Positions 37,080 to 50,730 of a stretch of 64,000 bases of DNA are shown here, in pieces. Within the stretch, counting starts at the first letter, position 1; the number at the start of each line of letters is the position of its first letter. The position numbers and the translations under genes are program-made. Under the pieces are notes generated by a model. That model saw nothing but the letters and a program-made list of their open reading frames with translations, had not been told where the DNA came from and did no database searches. Location of the stretch: positions 14,136,001 through 14,200,000 of the forward strand of contig JAGIQG010000008.1 in NCBI GenBank assembly GCA_024679065.1, in the 5' to 3' direction. Source of the DNA: Sphyrna mokarran. Lineage: Eukaryota.

Positions 37080-38070
37080 TCATCACTACCCTCAGAAAAC
37101 TGCTCCACTGCTACTAAATTATCAGACTGCTTACCCAATATCTGATCCTGAATGAGGAATTTTTTTTTCTAATTAAATACTGGGAAGACAGAAGCCATTA
37201 TTTTCAGTCTCCACTTCAAAATTCATCCCTTAGTCATTGACTCCATCTCTCTCCCTGCCAACAGTCTGAAATTAAATCAGTCTGCTTTCAGTATTTGACG
37301 TGGAGTCACCAGTATTGGACTGCGGTAAACACAGTAAGAGGTTTCATAACACCAGGTTAAAGTTCAACAAGTTTTTTGATAATAAATTCACAAGTTTTTG
37401 GGATTTGCCCCTTCGTCAGGTGAGTGGAGTCACCACTCACCTGACAAAGGGGCAAACTCCAAAAGCTTGTGGCTTTACTATCAAATAAACTTGTTCAACT
37501 TTATCCTGCTGTTGTGAGACTTCTTTCAATATCTGATCCAGAGATGAGCTCCTAGCTTCGCATCCATGTCAACACCAAGGCTGCCTAGTTTCACCTCCAT
37601 AACGCTGCCTGATTTTGCTCACTTCAGTTTATTTGCTGCTGAAGCCCTTAATCCATTTCTCCTTTGCATCTAAACTTAACTACTCCAACACATTCCTGGC
37701 TGGTTTTCCCCAGTCTACCCTCCATAAACTTAAAGTCATCCAAAACTCTGCTGCCTGACTTAATTTACACCAATTCTCATTTCATTCTTCTGCTCACTGG
37801 CCTACATTATCTCCTGATGTTGACTTTGTAATTCTCAAACCTTGGTTTTCAAAATCTTTTATGTCCTTGATCCTTCCACACCCTCTCCAATTCTGGCTTC
37901 TTGTGTAATTATAATTATTCTACGATAGATGGATAGATGCAGTCTAACTCAAACTCGAACTCCTTCCCCAAACCACTCCTCTCTTCTTCATATTCCTCCT
38001 TTAATCCGTCTCTTTGACCACGCTTTAGGGCATCTTTCCTGACATCTGCTTATGAGACTCAAAGTCCGAT
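37080..38070 (+). mobile_element. Old L2-type LINE fragment interrupted by a PLE palindrome
   Basis: CTAAATTATCAGACTGCTT...AAAGTCATCCAAAACTCTGCTGCC (IQNSAA) L2 motifs. Confidence 0.55.
37299..37522. mobile_element. PLE-derived palindromic element with decayed hammerhead cores
   Basis: Inverted arms centred on GTGAGTGG-AGTCA-CCACTCAC (37420-37440); 14-bp TSD 37285-37298/37523-37536 (12/14 identical). Confidence 0.8.
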
Positions 38071-38859
38071 TTTACCACTTTCATTCTAAGTGCTGAATCT
38101 GGGTGTTATGCAGATCCCACTTGGAAATCTGCTTTCAGGCGCTCCAATACACACAAGCTTGAAAAAAAAAACAACATGGCTCTCATTCACAGCATGGGTG
38201 GGCCTCAGCACTCCCGAAACAATCAGAGCACTGAACTGCACATGGCAGTTAGAAAAAAAAATTTGAAGAAGCGCGCCCATGTCAGATTGTTTTGGGCCAC
38301 AGAAAGCGGAGAAAGTGGCCCGGGAGCGAAAAGTGGGAGTGATGGCCCTCTCTCACACACATCACTGTGTCCCTCATCCACCCATCCCTCCGTTATCCCC
38401 ACACATCACTGTCCCCCTTATCCACCTCCCCACTATCTACACACATATCACTGTCCCCTTTATCAACCCACACCCCACTCCAGTACCCAGACTGATCGCA
38501 ACCCTTACACCCATCCCCCTCCCCTCTGCAGAGTGGCAGCGGACCCTCCTGCTCTCCCCACAAGGGTCTGATTGAACCTTCCCCAACACCCCTCCCACCA
38601 GAGGTACATCTGACCTATCTCCCTCCTCCTCTCTCTCCAGACAGCAATCAGCAATCCTCCCTCCCAAGAATGGTCTGCCTCACTCACCACCCCCAACCCT
38701 CCAGATGAATATCTGACCCACCTCCTCCTCCCCCCACCACCAGACAATGATCACCCCCTCCCCTGCTACCAGAAACGCATCTGATCTGCCTCCTCTTTCT
38801 TCCTCTCCTCCTATCCTTCCAAGCCATCCAGACAACAATCTGGCCTCCCTCTCACCCAT

Positions 38860-39000
38860 TCACCCTACTCTTTGGGTGAAGAAGTGTCTCCTCACCGCCA
38901 TTCTAAATGATCCATCCTGAATCCTCAGACTGCGATCCCTGGTTCTGCATTCCTCCAGCATTGGGAACATCCTCCCTGCATCTATCCTGTCTAGACTGGT
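38860..39000 (-). mobile_element. CR1 ORF2 C-terminal fragment
   Basis: LDRIDAGRMFPMLEECRTRDRSLRIQDGSFRMAVRRHFFTQRV. Confidence 0.75.
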
Positions 39001-41275
39001 TATAAATACAAATTGTTGCTGTTCATTTTGTACTAGCATTTCAAAACTTAGCATGTAGTACTACTTCAACTATCTTTTCAGGCCAATTCCATATTCTTTT
39101 TATCTATTATGTTCCATTCCAGCTAAGTTCCATTCCATTCCCAACTTATTCTTCACACCTAAGTTAAAATCTTCAATTACATGTACAAGTCTATAGGACA
39201 TTAGTGATGCACAAAATCAAAACATCAATGGTGTGAATTGGTTCTTAAAATAAAGTAGTTGCAATTCTTCAGAAAAGCACAACTAAACTGAAGTGCAACA
39301 GACATGGCAAACAGTCAATTTTATATACTTATGTCATAGTTCAGTATTTCATTCATCAATTCAAACTCTAAACACTTCGTACAAAAGCACAAAATGTTCT
39401 TCAGCATATTGATTTTAGGTAAAATGTGACATTTCTTCAAATCCAGTTCATTCTCATAATATTTAACCATGTAAATTTAAAAAACAATTCATGGGATGTG
39501 GACACTACCTTCAAGGCCAGCATTTACAGGCCATTCCTAATTCTAATTTTATTTGTTCAGGGAATGTGGATGTCACTGATAGGTATGGGCAACAAATGCT
39601 GGCCAAAATTGCCCTAAACTGAGTTAGACCATTTAAAAATCAATCACAAGACTGCCAATCTGGAGTCACATATAAGCCGGACTAGTTAAGATGGCAAATT
39701 TCCTTTCCTTGATTCCCTTTCCTAAAGGGCATCAGTGAAACAAATGTTTTTTTTTGCAATCGACAATGGTTTAATGATCATTATCAGACTTTTAATTCCG
39801 AATTTATTTTTACTGAATTCATATTTCACTATCCACCACATTGGGACTTGAAGTGGATACATAGATCTTTACCTTGGGTTTCCTGATTACTAATCCAGTG
39901 ACAATATCACTAAGCCATTGCCTCCCCTTAAGTTACCCTATAGAAAGTGATTCAGTAGTAAGAGAGGCTACCATGCGGTAATTAACAGGAATGTTCCTTG
40001 CCCACATTGGCCTGATGCCATGAGACTTCATGGGGCCTACTGTCAACACTGAGCACAATCAGAACCACTCCACCACCACCTTTGCTGGGTCTACCTTCCT
40101 GATGGGAAAGGATATACTTAGCAATGATAATGGAGGAGTCTAGAATGTTTGAGAGTATGACTGTGGCACAGCGTTATCAATGTGGGCACAAATCTTCAAA
40201 TGAGTGTGGAAGACTATACAACATTGACTGTGTCTTTGTCATGTCCAGAACTTGGGCAGATGTGAACACCCAAATTTTAATTTTCATTGTTCTCTTTAAT
40301 AGCAGTCTGATACAACGGAGTACTTTGCTCAGCCATTTCAGAGGGCAGTTAGGAGCCAACCATATTGCTGTTGGTCTGGAATCACAGAAGCCAAACCAAT
40401 TACGGACAACAGACTTCCCTCTCTGATGGAGATTAGTGAAGTAGATTTTTGTTTTACAAGATATGGAAGTTGACTGATAATAGCTTTTTATTCCAGATTT
40501 ATTTAATTAAATTCCCTAGCTGCTGTGATGGAATTTGAGCCCATTAGACCTCTGGGTTACCAGTCTGCTGATATAAACAGTATGAGCAGGATGTTTCAGA
40601 CAGCAACGTTTCCCCAAAAACAGTCCTCTGTTACCCAAGGGATCAAAGAGGTATGCATCCCTGCAAAGGGCAGCAGTAGGTGGCATGCAGGCCATGCGTT
40701 TCATTTTACAAACACTTACACCTTCAAAGCCATGGGCAGGGAACTATAAAACATTATCTTATGTTACAATTCCCAATCCAGCACAGGCTGACACTGCTCT
40801 TCTCAAAACACCCAGTACTGCTCTTCCCAAAACAACTGTGGCTTTTTGGGACAGAAATATATTTTTCCCTTTAGGTTCACATTAGAAGACTGTGGCAGAT
40901 TCGGTCCTCTATATCCTTATTTTAAATACAGAATTGTGTGCGTTTCAGGTACGTGGGAGATGGAAAGGCCATTGCTTATAAGAAGATTACACATTAAATG
41001 GATTTGAACATTCTGAACAAAGCAAAATTGTAGCATGCAAGTTAGAAATCAGGATCAACAATACAATGTAGTACCATGTCACAGCTGAATTCTCCGAGAA
41101 GATGCAACATAAATACTGATTCATTAAGTTTAGATAATCTCAAGTGACTTTGCTATAATTAGCAAGTGGCATTAGAAAGAAAATTCAGCAGTTTACTGTC
41201 GTCTAGAATGGTGAAAAAACAAGATGTCTAAATAATTAAATGGCTGTCTTTATCTCCAATAACGTTTAAACTTAC

Positions 41276-41485
41276 CCACACTTTTTTCCACACTAACTAT
41301 CTTTGTGCAGGGTATTTCTCCTAGTTCAGTAAGCATGTATAGCACTTCTAATGAAGAGATGACCAGCAGCATATCAGGTAAAGTTAGATGACATATGATC
41401 TCTTTGTAAGATTCCTGATCCACATATTCACATATCAAGTCTGCATTATCTTCAGCTCTACATAGATTTGCTAGTATTTCCATAC
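41276..41485 (-). CDS. ARID2: ARID2 exon (10 equivalent), ARM-like region, 210 nt
   Basis: [56 protein letters not shown]...; canonical sites. Confidence 0.97.
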
Positions 41486-41567
41486 CTAAAAAAAGACACA
41501 GAATTAACTATGAAGATAATGCGTAAAATCAAAGAGAAAGAATGGCATTATTAAAGCTGCTACTCAC

Positions 41568-41664
41568 CTCTCATCTTCAAACACTTGTCACAGGAAAGTA
41601 GACATTTAGTTACAGTATGAAAAATTAGGTGGGTACTTTTAAAATCAACAGGATCCAACTGAAG
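41568..41664 (-). CDS. ARID2: ARID2 exon (9 equivalent), 97 nt
   Basis: [32 protein letters not shown]; AG 41665-41666, GTGAGT donor; 82-nt intron follows. Confidence 0.96.
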
Positions 41665-42926
41665 CTGTAAAATTATAAACAAAAAAAGGAAAATTAAATT
41701 ATTTCATCCCTTCTTGTCATTTAACAAGTTCCATTAACTGGCAACATTGAGTGCTGTTGGTCCGTGATTCATGTCAAGAACAAAAATAAAAAACCATAGC
41801 TAAAAATTAATTAAAACTATTGTAGGATCACCACATGGAACACATTTTTTGTAACCTACGATGTTCAAATTCACTGCAAAGTTAACATACAAACAAAAAT
41901 TAAAGCTTCCTTACATAAGCAGGAGTTGGCTGGCAAGGGGCATTTAAAAGAAAACTCAGCAGTTACTGCCATTTTATCATTATAAACTGTTAAGGATTCA
42001 ACCCAGAATATATCTGATGCTATTATTTAAGAATAAAAAGAAAAAAAATGGAACAATAATAAAATGTGGAATATTAAATGACAGCTTATTGGAAAATATA
42101 TTGGATCTATTATAGGAAACATTCGTAATAACAAAACAGGATGGGCAACATTTCTGTTGGTGGGTTTAAATTGTGTCATAATAGACATCCTAGTCTATAT
42201 GTTTTGGAATGGCAGTATGTTGTAATTCTGTAGGAATCTTTTATTTTGTGTCTGAAACGTGTAAGTACATAGGTTCCTTTCTCTATTTTATTTGTCTCCA
42301 GTTTGACATCAGGATCAATGGAAATGTCGAGTTGTTTTTGAAATACAATGAGAACATCAGGCTTCTCTATTCCATTAGCATCTCCTGAAACCCATCTCGC
42401 TTCCAAATAGTGTAAGGAGATTATTAACTTGTAGAGACTGATTTGCTGCCTCCCACCACTTTCCGCTTCGACGAAATTAAACTTGCCCCAAAACTTCCTA
42501 ACTTCTTCGAGGCCCTCAGGCTAGCTGACATAGTAATGGGTTCGCCCATTTAGTACTGTCTCCTTCTTTTTCAAATTAACAATCACTCACCCCCACATTA
42601 CAATCCCATCCTCTTTGGTAGTACCCTATCTCTGACCTCTGTTTTCTCTTCAAGAAGGATGGACAACAAATGCTGGTGCCCACATCCGATGAATACAAAA
42701 AATACCACACTTTAATTAGGACAATTTTTTTGCAGCGGCATTGGAAAATTTAAATGTTGAGTTGCAAGAAAACATGCACCAAATTAACAGTGTATATTTT
42801 ACTGCAACTCAATTTTTTAAGTTTTCTAATTATGCTTCCACCACTCCCACATCATCAAATAGCCCTAACCAAAGTCACAAATTTTTGTGGGCACTAGAAT
42901 TTGATACCCATCTCTAATTAACCTCA

Positions 42927-43196
42927 GGTTAGCACTGCTACCTCACAGAACCAGGTTCAATTCCCATCTTGGGTCAAAATCTGCGTGGAGGGTGAACGTT
43001 TTCACCACATCTGCACATGTTTTCTCTGGGTGCTGTATAGTTCAAAAGATGTACTGGTTAGATACACTGGCCATGTTAAATTCTCCCTCAGTGCATGTGA
43101 ACAGGTGCCAGAGTGTGGCAACTTGGGGATTTTCATAGTAACTTCGTTGCAGAATTAATGTAAGCTTACCGTGACACTAGCAAATAAATTTTAAAC
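42927..43196 (+). mobile_element. V-SINE (HE1-like)
   Basis: GGTTAGCACTGCTACCTCACAG head; TTAATGTAAGCTTAC..GTGACACT..AATAAA tail. Confidence 0.75.
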
Positions 43197-44588
43197 AGAT
43201 ACACCTACAATGCTGTTAGAAGAGAGTTCTGGGATTTTGATCCACTGGCAGTGAAGAAATAATGAGATTGTTCAAAGTCAATATGGAAGGGAACTTATAG
43301 ATGTTGTTGCTCCAAACATTTGCTGCTCGTGGCCTTCTAGGACATGAGTTTGGAAAGTGTTGCCAAAGGAACCTTCACGAGTTGTTGTAGTCTCTCTTAA
43401 TAAATGATGCATACAGCAGCTACTGTCCATTGGTGTGAGGAGTAAATGTTTAAGGTGATGGATAGAGTACTGACCAAGTTTTGGATGGTGCTGAGTTCAG
43501 AGGGAGCCCTACTCATCCAGGAAATTGGAGAGTATTCCATTCTAACTGTGTCTTGTAGACTATGGACAGGCTTTGAGTCAGGAGATAAATTATTTATCTC
43601 AGAATTTCCAATCTCTAACCTGTGCTTGTAGCCACAGTATATGGTTGCTCCAGTTCAGTTTCTGATCAATGGCAACCCCTGATGTTGATAGTGGGGGATT
43701 CAGCAAATGATAATGCCACTGAATATTAAGGAAAGATGATTATATTATTGTTGCTACAGATGGTCATTAACTGAACGTCTTTGAAAACAGTTGAGTGGAA
43801 AATGGTAAAGGGCACAGCATAGCAAAAGGAGCAGCAGATTACATGTTCAAGTGAACTAAACCAGGAATTTAAGTGAAAAACAAATCTTGTGGCAAATATT
43901 GCACCGTAACCAGAGAAAAATTAGTTTGTAAATGTTTGACTAAAGAGAAATTAGGAAAGATAATCAAAGGGGGCATAATGAAAATATCTACATGCAACAT
44001 GCCAAGTACCAGGTCCAATTTGTGCAAATAAGTATTTAAGCAAGATTTGAACACATTCCTTCATTCAAAAAAATGGTTCAATGAAGCAGAAATGAAAAAA
44101 GCTCATGATGCTTTGATAAATTCAATTTTTGATCTGGTTCTTTAGCTTTCAAGAACTGGCCACAGCTTAAGTAAAAGGGGGCAAAAGAAAACGTCGAAAA
44201 TTAAAATTACATTATTTCCGATCTATCATTAGATGTACTCTATGTCACAAAAATCCTATCTTAAGGTTCGATACAGGATTATTTGTGTACAGTTGTTGCC
44301 AAAACATTTGTAAAAGTTAGGAAATCTCATTATTTCCACATGCAAGCCCATTATTTCCCAAAATAAAATAATGACGCTTTATGAAATTTACAGGTCACAC
44401 AAAAGTTTTAGTAAATAAATCTAATTTGCCTTATATAATAGCCTTTTCTCTGGAGACAAGTTTCATAAATGTGTTACATTAGATAAAGCACTATGGTATC
44501 ATTCAATTTAAATTAGGGTTTGTAACAACACAAGAATATAAACAATTTTGCTGACTGAAATACACTATTTGTCAGAATAATTTCATAC

Positions 44589-44839
44589 CTCAGCTGCTAC
44601 GTTACCCAATGTGTCCAGCCCCAGTTGCTTGAGAGAAGCATACTGACAATGGGAACATAACAACAGGAAACGGACACATGTACGATGAGCTGCCAATAGC
44701 TTCACGTTTCCTTCCTCAAATGACAAATTGCGAAGAATTACTGCTATCTGAAGTACACGCTGTCCCTCAACATCATTGATGCCCACTTTATGAGGGGGAT
44801 GGAATAAAGATGTCTCTGTATCGATTTCTATACTCGTAC
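44589..44839 (-). CDS. ARID2: ARID2 exon (8 equivalent), 251 nt
   Basis: [45 protein letters not shown]...[12 protein letters not shown]; canonical sites. Confidence 0.97.
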
Positions 44840-45212
44840 CTAAATTAATAAAGAGACCAATTTTATTTAAAAAGCTCTGGTTACATAAATAAAAATCCAA
44901 ATTTATACAGAAAACAAAGCAGTAAAACAGAACAAATGCAAATGCAAAAAGGCGCTAACCTCTGCTTCATACTTCCTTCAACAATACAAGACAGGCTGAG
45001 AACTCATCACATGAAAATGATGGGTGACTTTTTTTAAACCTTTGTATCATATAGCATATTTAACATTCATATGCTGCAGTTCACCTGCCACTTCACATCA
45101 TAAAACACAGTGCAATTAAAATTATTGTACTATAATAAATAATAAATATCAACTTTTCAGTTAAATATTTGTTCTGGCTCTTGAGCTTTCAAAAATTTAT
45201 TACTTCACTAAC

Positions 45213-45282
45213 CTTGTGATCCATTGTTCCTAAAAATAATGAGTTCCCGTATTTCGTTATCTTCAACATTGTCTTTCCAAAA
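45213..45282 (-). CDS. ARID2: ARID2 exon (7 equivalent), 70 nt
   Basis: FWKDNVEDNEIRELIIFRNNGSQ; AG 45283-45284, GTTAGT donor. Confidence 0.93.
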
Positions 45283-47378
45283 CTATGAAAGTCAAAACAA
45301 AGGAGCCATTGTAAATGCTATGCATAAAAAATTTCTTATTGAAATTTTATTAAACTGCATTCACAGCAAAACTGCATACAAAGTAGAAAAACAAATTTTT
45401 ACAATAATTCTTCAAAATGTTTAGGAGTGTAATATAAAGTACTGAAACGATGGGCATTTGGAAACCACTTTTTTTTACAGAAGTGAAAGAGTGACAATTT
45501 AATCATCATGCAAGAGTTTTATTAGGCAACATTTTGAAGGCTGGGAGACATTTACACAATCCTTGAAATGTTTATATATAAATGTGAATCTGTATTTAGA
45601 TAGAACAATTGTGACAGCTAAACATAACTTACGCGTTCTAAAACAAACACCAAATTCTTAAATTCCAAATAATTATAGAACTTCATTAATCACAAAATTA
45701 TCCAAGCATATCAAATATTCATCTGTTACTGAAGATTTTAAATTTCTAAAATAAACAAAGCTTTTAAAGATGAGTTTTGTTTAATTCCTTACATTTTAGA
45801 AACTGTAATTTTGAGAGCATAAAAGACTGGGTTATTGAGTCTATTATATTTTAAACATTTGGCCAACACAACCCAGAAACAATAATGCTTAAGCAGGTTT
45901 TAAATGACACCTCAGATGTACTCCAATTTTTAAATCAAATTGGCCTTTTGAAAAAGCACTGGCTTGGATTCTTTTGAACAGTGGCCAAGGAACAGCACTT
46001 ACTGCTGACTACACTGACAGCTGGTCAGAGTTTCAAAGACTTTGAGGGTCTAATCCAGCAAGATGTTCGCTATAGAAAATCTATGGGATATTTTAGCAAC
46101 AACATGGCACTTCAACCAATCAGACTGAAGAAGCTTCACTGAGATAAGGGACTGGATTTTGCCAGAATAGCTGCAAGCCTGACATCCAGCATAATTCCAG
46201 GTCAGGAACTAAGACGTGGCAGGCATCAGCTGCAATCTTCTCAAAGGTGTCCAATTAAGAAGCTGTCTCTAGGGGTTCTGTCCAATTAAGGATGGCAAGG
46301 GAATAGACAGGCCCAAAGGGAAGGCCCACAGATATCTTGCCAACACCCCAGTCAGAGGTTTCTTCTGAAGAATTCTGAAAGTATCAAAAAAGTGCAAAAT
46401 ACAAGGACTGGCACAATTGATAGGCCATCAATGTGGTGAGGAAATCCTTCTCCAGGATGGCCTAAAACAACAGCTGTGGCCGTCTGGCACACCGTTTTTG
46501 ATTCCAAAATGGATAGCAAGTCAATGTGATGCAGCAGAAAATTGTCAACACAATTGTAGAATCAGATTCTGGTGGTGATGTGCATCGAAGGAACTTGTGC
46601 GCATATCTTGGTGAAGAGCCAAATAATATAGCATACTTGCTACTCTTAACCAAAAGCAAAGACAACAAAACCTTATATTTTTGGCCAGAGTTCAAATTAT
46701 TGTTGGATTTAGATTACATTATTGGAATCTAATAATTTATCTCAAGGGAACAGAATGTAGAAGTACAAAGATTGTACTGCAGCCAAGGGTCTTGGGTTTT
46801 TTTAAATATTCATTCATGGGATGTGAACATTGCTATTACCCATCCCTAATTACTCTCGAGAAAGTGATGGTGAGCTACCGTTTTGAATTGCTGCAATCCA
46901 TGTAATGTAAGTACACTCACTGTGCTGTTAGAGAAGTAATTCCAGAATTTTGACCCAGTGACATATTTCCAAATCAGGATGGTGTGTTGCTTGGATGGGA
47001 ACTTGCAGGTAGTGATACTCCTATTTATCTGCTGCCTTTTTCCTCCCAGCTGATGGCAATTACAGGTTTGGAAGATGCTGTCCAAGAAGTCTTGATGAGT
47101 TTTCACAGTACATCTTGTAGACAGCACACAGTATTATCACTGCATGTTAGAAGTGGTGAAGGTTTGTGGGTGGGGTGCTGAGCAAGTGGGTTGCTTTGAC
47201 CTGAATAGTGTCAAGTTATTGTGTTGTTGGAGCTGTACTCATCCAAAAAAGTTGATTGTGGGGATTCAGTGATAGTAGGTGCATCACTTAGGGCTGAAAT
47301 GAGGAAAGATTTCTTCACTCAGAATGGTGAGCCTTTGGAATACACTACCACAGAAAGCAGTTGAGGCCAAAACATTGT

Positions 47379-48090
47379 GGGGATGATGCTCCCAAAAAAA
47401 TTCTAAGTGTCGAATTTGCACAAAAACTGGAGTAAATCCTACTGATTTTTCCAGCAGGAGTTTCAAAATAAATCTTCCACACTCTGTGCATTGCAGAAAG
47501 CACTAGCATGAATCACTCCAAAAATAAGTAGATGGCCTTTTCCCACTGGAGAGGCTGGCAACATAGTACTGACTGGGCCTATACTGATTGATCTGTCAGA
47601 GCTGGCCAGCCCTGCGACCTTCCCCTTTTCCAAGATCGTTGGCCATATGACCCTCCCACAGCCCAATTACTGGTCCCAAAGCACATCTGGGTGGGCCATC
47701 CCGCTAACCCCAAACACCAGCAGCCCCAGTCTCCCAACCGACAGGGCTGGGGCCTTGCCTAGCAATGCCTGGGGGGTACGCCCCCGAAGCCTCAACTCTG
47801 TGGGGGGTCCTCAATGGAGTCAAGGGGAAACCAAGTGGGGAGTTGTTGTAAAGCCCACTGGAGTGAAACACTCCTGGCGGGGGCAGAAACGCTACTGGAG
47901 ATTTCAGTCTCATTTAACTACGATCAGCATAACTTATACAACTCCGCAGCAATTTCTGGCACCAGATATCCGGCTGCCAAAGACTCGCGGGGGCCGTGGC
48001 ACCCAGCTGGAAGCCCGTGAAATGGTCTCTGCTCGAGTCACCCAACCGATTGTGCTGCAAATGCAGCGAAGTGGGCTGGAAGATTCTCCT
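47379..48090. mobile_element. GC-rich insertion (probable non-autonomous DNA transposon) splitting a CR1 3' fragment (about 47285-48250)
   Basis: CR1 sequence GCCAAAACATTGT stops at 47378 and resumes TTGTATGTTTTCAA at 48092; weak terminal inverted repeats. Confidence 0.45.
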
Positions 48091-49329
48091 CTTGTATGTT
48101 TTCAATGAGTTAGATATAGCTTTCGCGAGGCAATGTGGATTAAGGTATATGGCAGTGAGGCAGGTGAAATCATGCTATCGAGTTGGATGATCATCCATGA
48201 TCATAATGAATGATAGAGCATGCTCAAAGTGCTGATTTATGTTTCTATGTGAATAGCACTGTTAATGACTCCTTCCATCACTTTACTGATGATCAAGGAT
48301 AGAGTCATTGGCAATAAATGGTTGCAAGGATTTGTGCTGTTTTTGTGCAGCAGACATACTTGGGGAATGTTCCACATTTTGGGTAGGCGACAATGATGTA
48401 GCTGTATTGAAATAGCTTGGCTAGAGGCATGGCAAGTGAGAACACGTGTGGAATACTGTCTACAGTTTTGTTCTCCTTCTTTGAAAAGGAATGTAATTGT
48501 GTCAACAGTTTAGAGGTTCATTCTCTTCACTCCTGAGATGAAGGGCTTCGGAAGAACAATAAAACTGGTTGGGCCCAAACTCACTGGAGTTTAGAAGAAT
48601 GAGAGATGGTAAGATCCTCAGGAGGCATGATGGGACAAATACCAGAAGAATGTTTTCATCTGGGGAGACTGGAACTAGGGGACACAATTAATAATAACAG
48701 TTCTTTCTTAAGATGCGTATGAGGGTTTTTTTTCTTTGAGGCTTATGAGTCTGTGGAATTCTCTTCCCCAGAAAGAACTAGAGGCTGGGTCACTGAAGTT
48801 ATTCAAGCTGGGGTAGACAGATTATTGATGGACAAACATGTTAAGGGTTGTATGCAATGGCAGGCAGACTGGAAAGTGGAGCTGAGATCAATTTTGGTCT
48901 TACTGAATGGTGGTGCAGACTTGAAGAGCTGAATAACATATGTATGCTCCTATGTTCCTATGACCTGCGTATTTAAATAAAAAGGTCTGCTGGCTTTTGA
49001 CTTTACCTTTGCCAGCTACTCAGAACATCAGGATAAAGTCCAAGACAGTGAGATTCTGCAGTTTTCCAGTAGACAATTAACCTGAGCCATTTTAATCTTA
49101 CTTTGCCTGGTGTTCGTTGGGTGGGCAGAGTTAAAATGGCTCCCTTTGAATAAAGTAGGGAGCCTTTATTCACTGAGAGTGAACAACCTGATATCACGTT
49201 GTATTTAGAAAGGTCCAGTGAGTTTCTCATCTATCTTTACATAGATCTTGGGGCTGGAGTACACAAACTGCACAAAATCCAAAGTTTGACCACTTCCAGC
49301 TACTTCACAATGGATGCATAAGGGATTTT

Positions 49330-49625
49330 GGGGCAGCACAGTGACTAGCACTACTGCCTCAACGCACCAGTGACCTGGGTCCAGTTCCAGCCTTGGGTCA
49401 TTGGCTCTGTGGAGTTTGCACATTCGCCCCTTGCCTGTGTGAATTTCTCCAACAGTTCAAAAACGTGCAGGTTAGGTTGACTGGCTATGCTAAATTGACC
49501 TTTGGATCAAGGGGATTAACAGGGTAAATATGTGGGATTATGGGAATAGGGCCTGAGTGGGATTGTGATCGATGCAGACTCAATGGGCCAGATGGTCTCC
49601 TCCTTCACTTCAGGATTCTGTGATT
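49330..49625 (+). mobile_element. V-SINE (HE1-like)
   Basis: GGGCAGCACAGTGACTAGCACTACTGCCTC head, partial V-domain, CR1-type tail. Confidence 0.8.
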
Positions 49626-50662
49626 AAATTGAAAGTTGTTGAGCACAATGCAAGTGAGGTTTCTTCCAAATCTTACAACAATCCCTGATCTTGTCCCTGT
49701 AAGTTGCTCAGGAAAATAAAAACGGGTCTGCTATTTACTATCTTTTCAGAATTCTGGGTTCCTGCTCCAAAACAACACAATGGAAATTTTTAAAAAATTA
49801 CATTTGCTATAATATTCAAAAACATAATGGAATGTCAGTCTGCATAACAAAGTGAGGAAATATTTCTACAATTATACAAATCCCTCAAGACCACATCTTG
49901 AATACTATATACAATTCTGGTCATCACACCTCGGAAAAGATGTGCTGGCCCTCAAAGGAGCGTAACAGAGATTTACCAGAATGTTACCTTAGCTCTAAAG
50001 ACTAGGTTATGAGGAGAGATTACATTAACTAGGCTTATATTCCTGATATACAAAGTTAAGAAAGCTATGGACAACCTGATTACAGTTTTTAGGTCACTGA
50101 AAACCATTTTCACATGACATAATTGTAAAATTTGAGCAAGGTCATTTGGGAGCAAACTTAGGAAACACTTGTAGTTGTATCCTTTGAGTAAGCAAGTGTG
50201 AAACATTTTCCCACAAGATGACACTAGCTAAATTAATAATTTTAAACTGAAGAGCAGCAGATTTTTTCTAGACGTCAGTATAAAAAGATACAACTATAAA
50301 GGTATATGGAATCAAGAAGATGGATGGAGTTAAGCACCTCACTAAATAGTGGAAATGGCTTGAAGAGGCCTACTCCTGTTCCTACTTTCCCGTTATACTA
50401 TTTATTCCATCAACAACTGACACCATTATGCACACGCTCATAATCATTTCCTTCAGATCAGTGAAGAAATTATAAGTAGTGCAACTGCCACCACTTATAG
50501 ATAATAATTTCAAAAATAATAGCCGCTATAATGCAGCTGACAGGTGCATTTCAATAATCAACTTGCCGTAATTAATTTGACAGATTTTAATTATCTTTAT
50601 AAACTTTACACTAATTATTCAGATACCATTTATTGTTTGATCTATTAACCATCATATTTTAC

Positions 50663-50730
50663 CTTAACAAAATCTCTGCCTGTTTTTTCTTTCCATTCTG
50701 CACCAAATACAGAGGACAAGGTACCCAAAT
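50663..50730 (-). CDS. ARID2: ARID2 exon (6 equivalent), 68 nt
   Basis: NLGTLSSVFGAEWKEKTGRDFVK; TTTACAG acceptor, GTAAAA donor. Confidence 0.94.

Noticed and set aside
38176-38860. Pro/His-rich ORFs
   Set aside because: C-rich low-complexity interior of a repeat; no homology recognised
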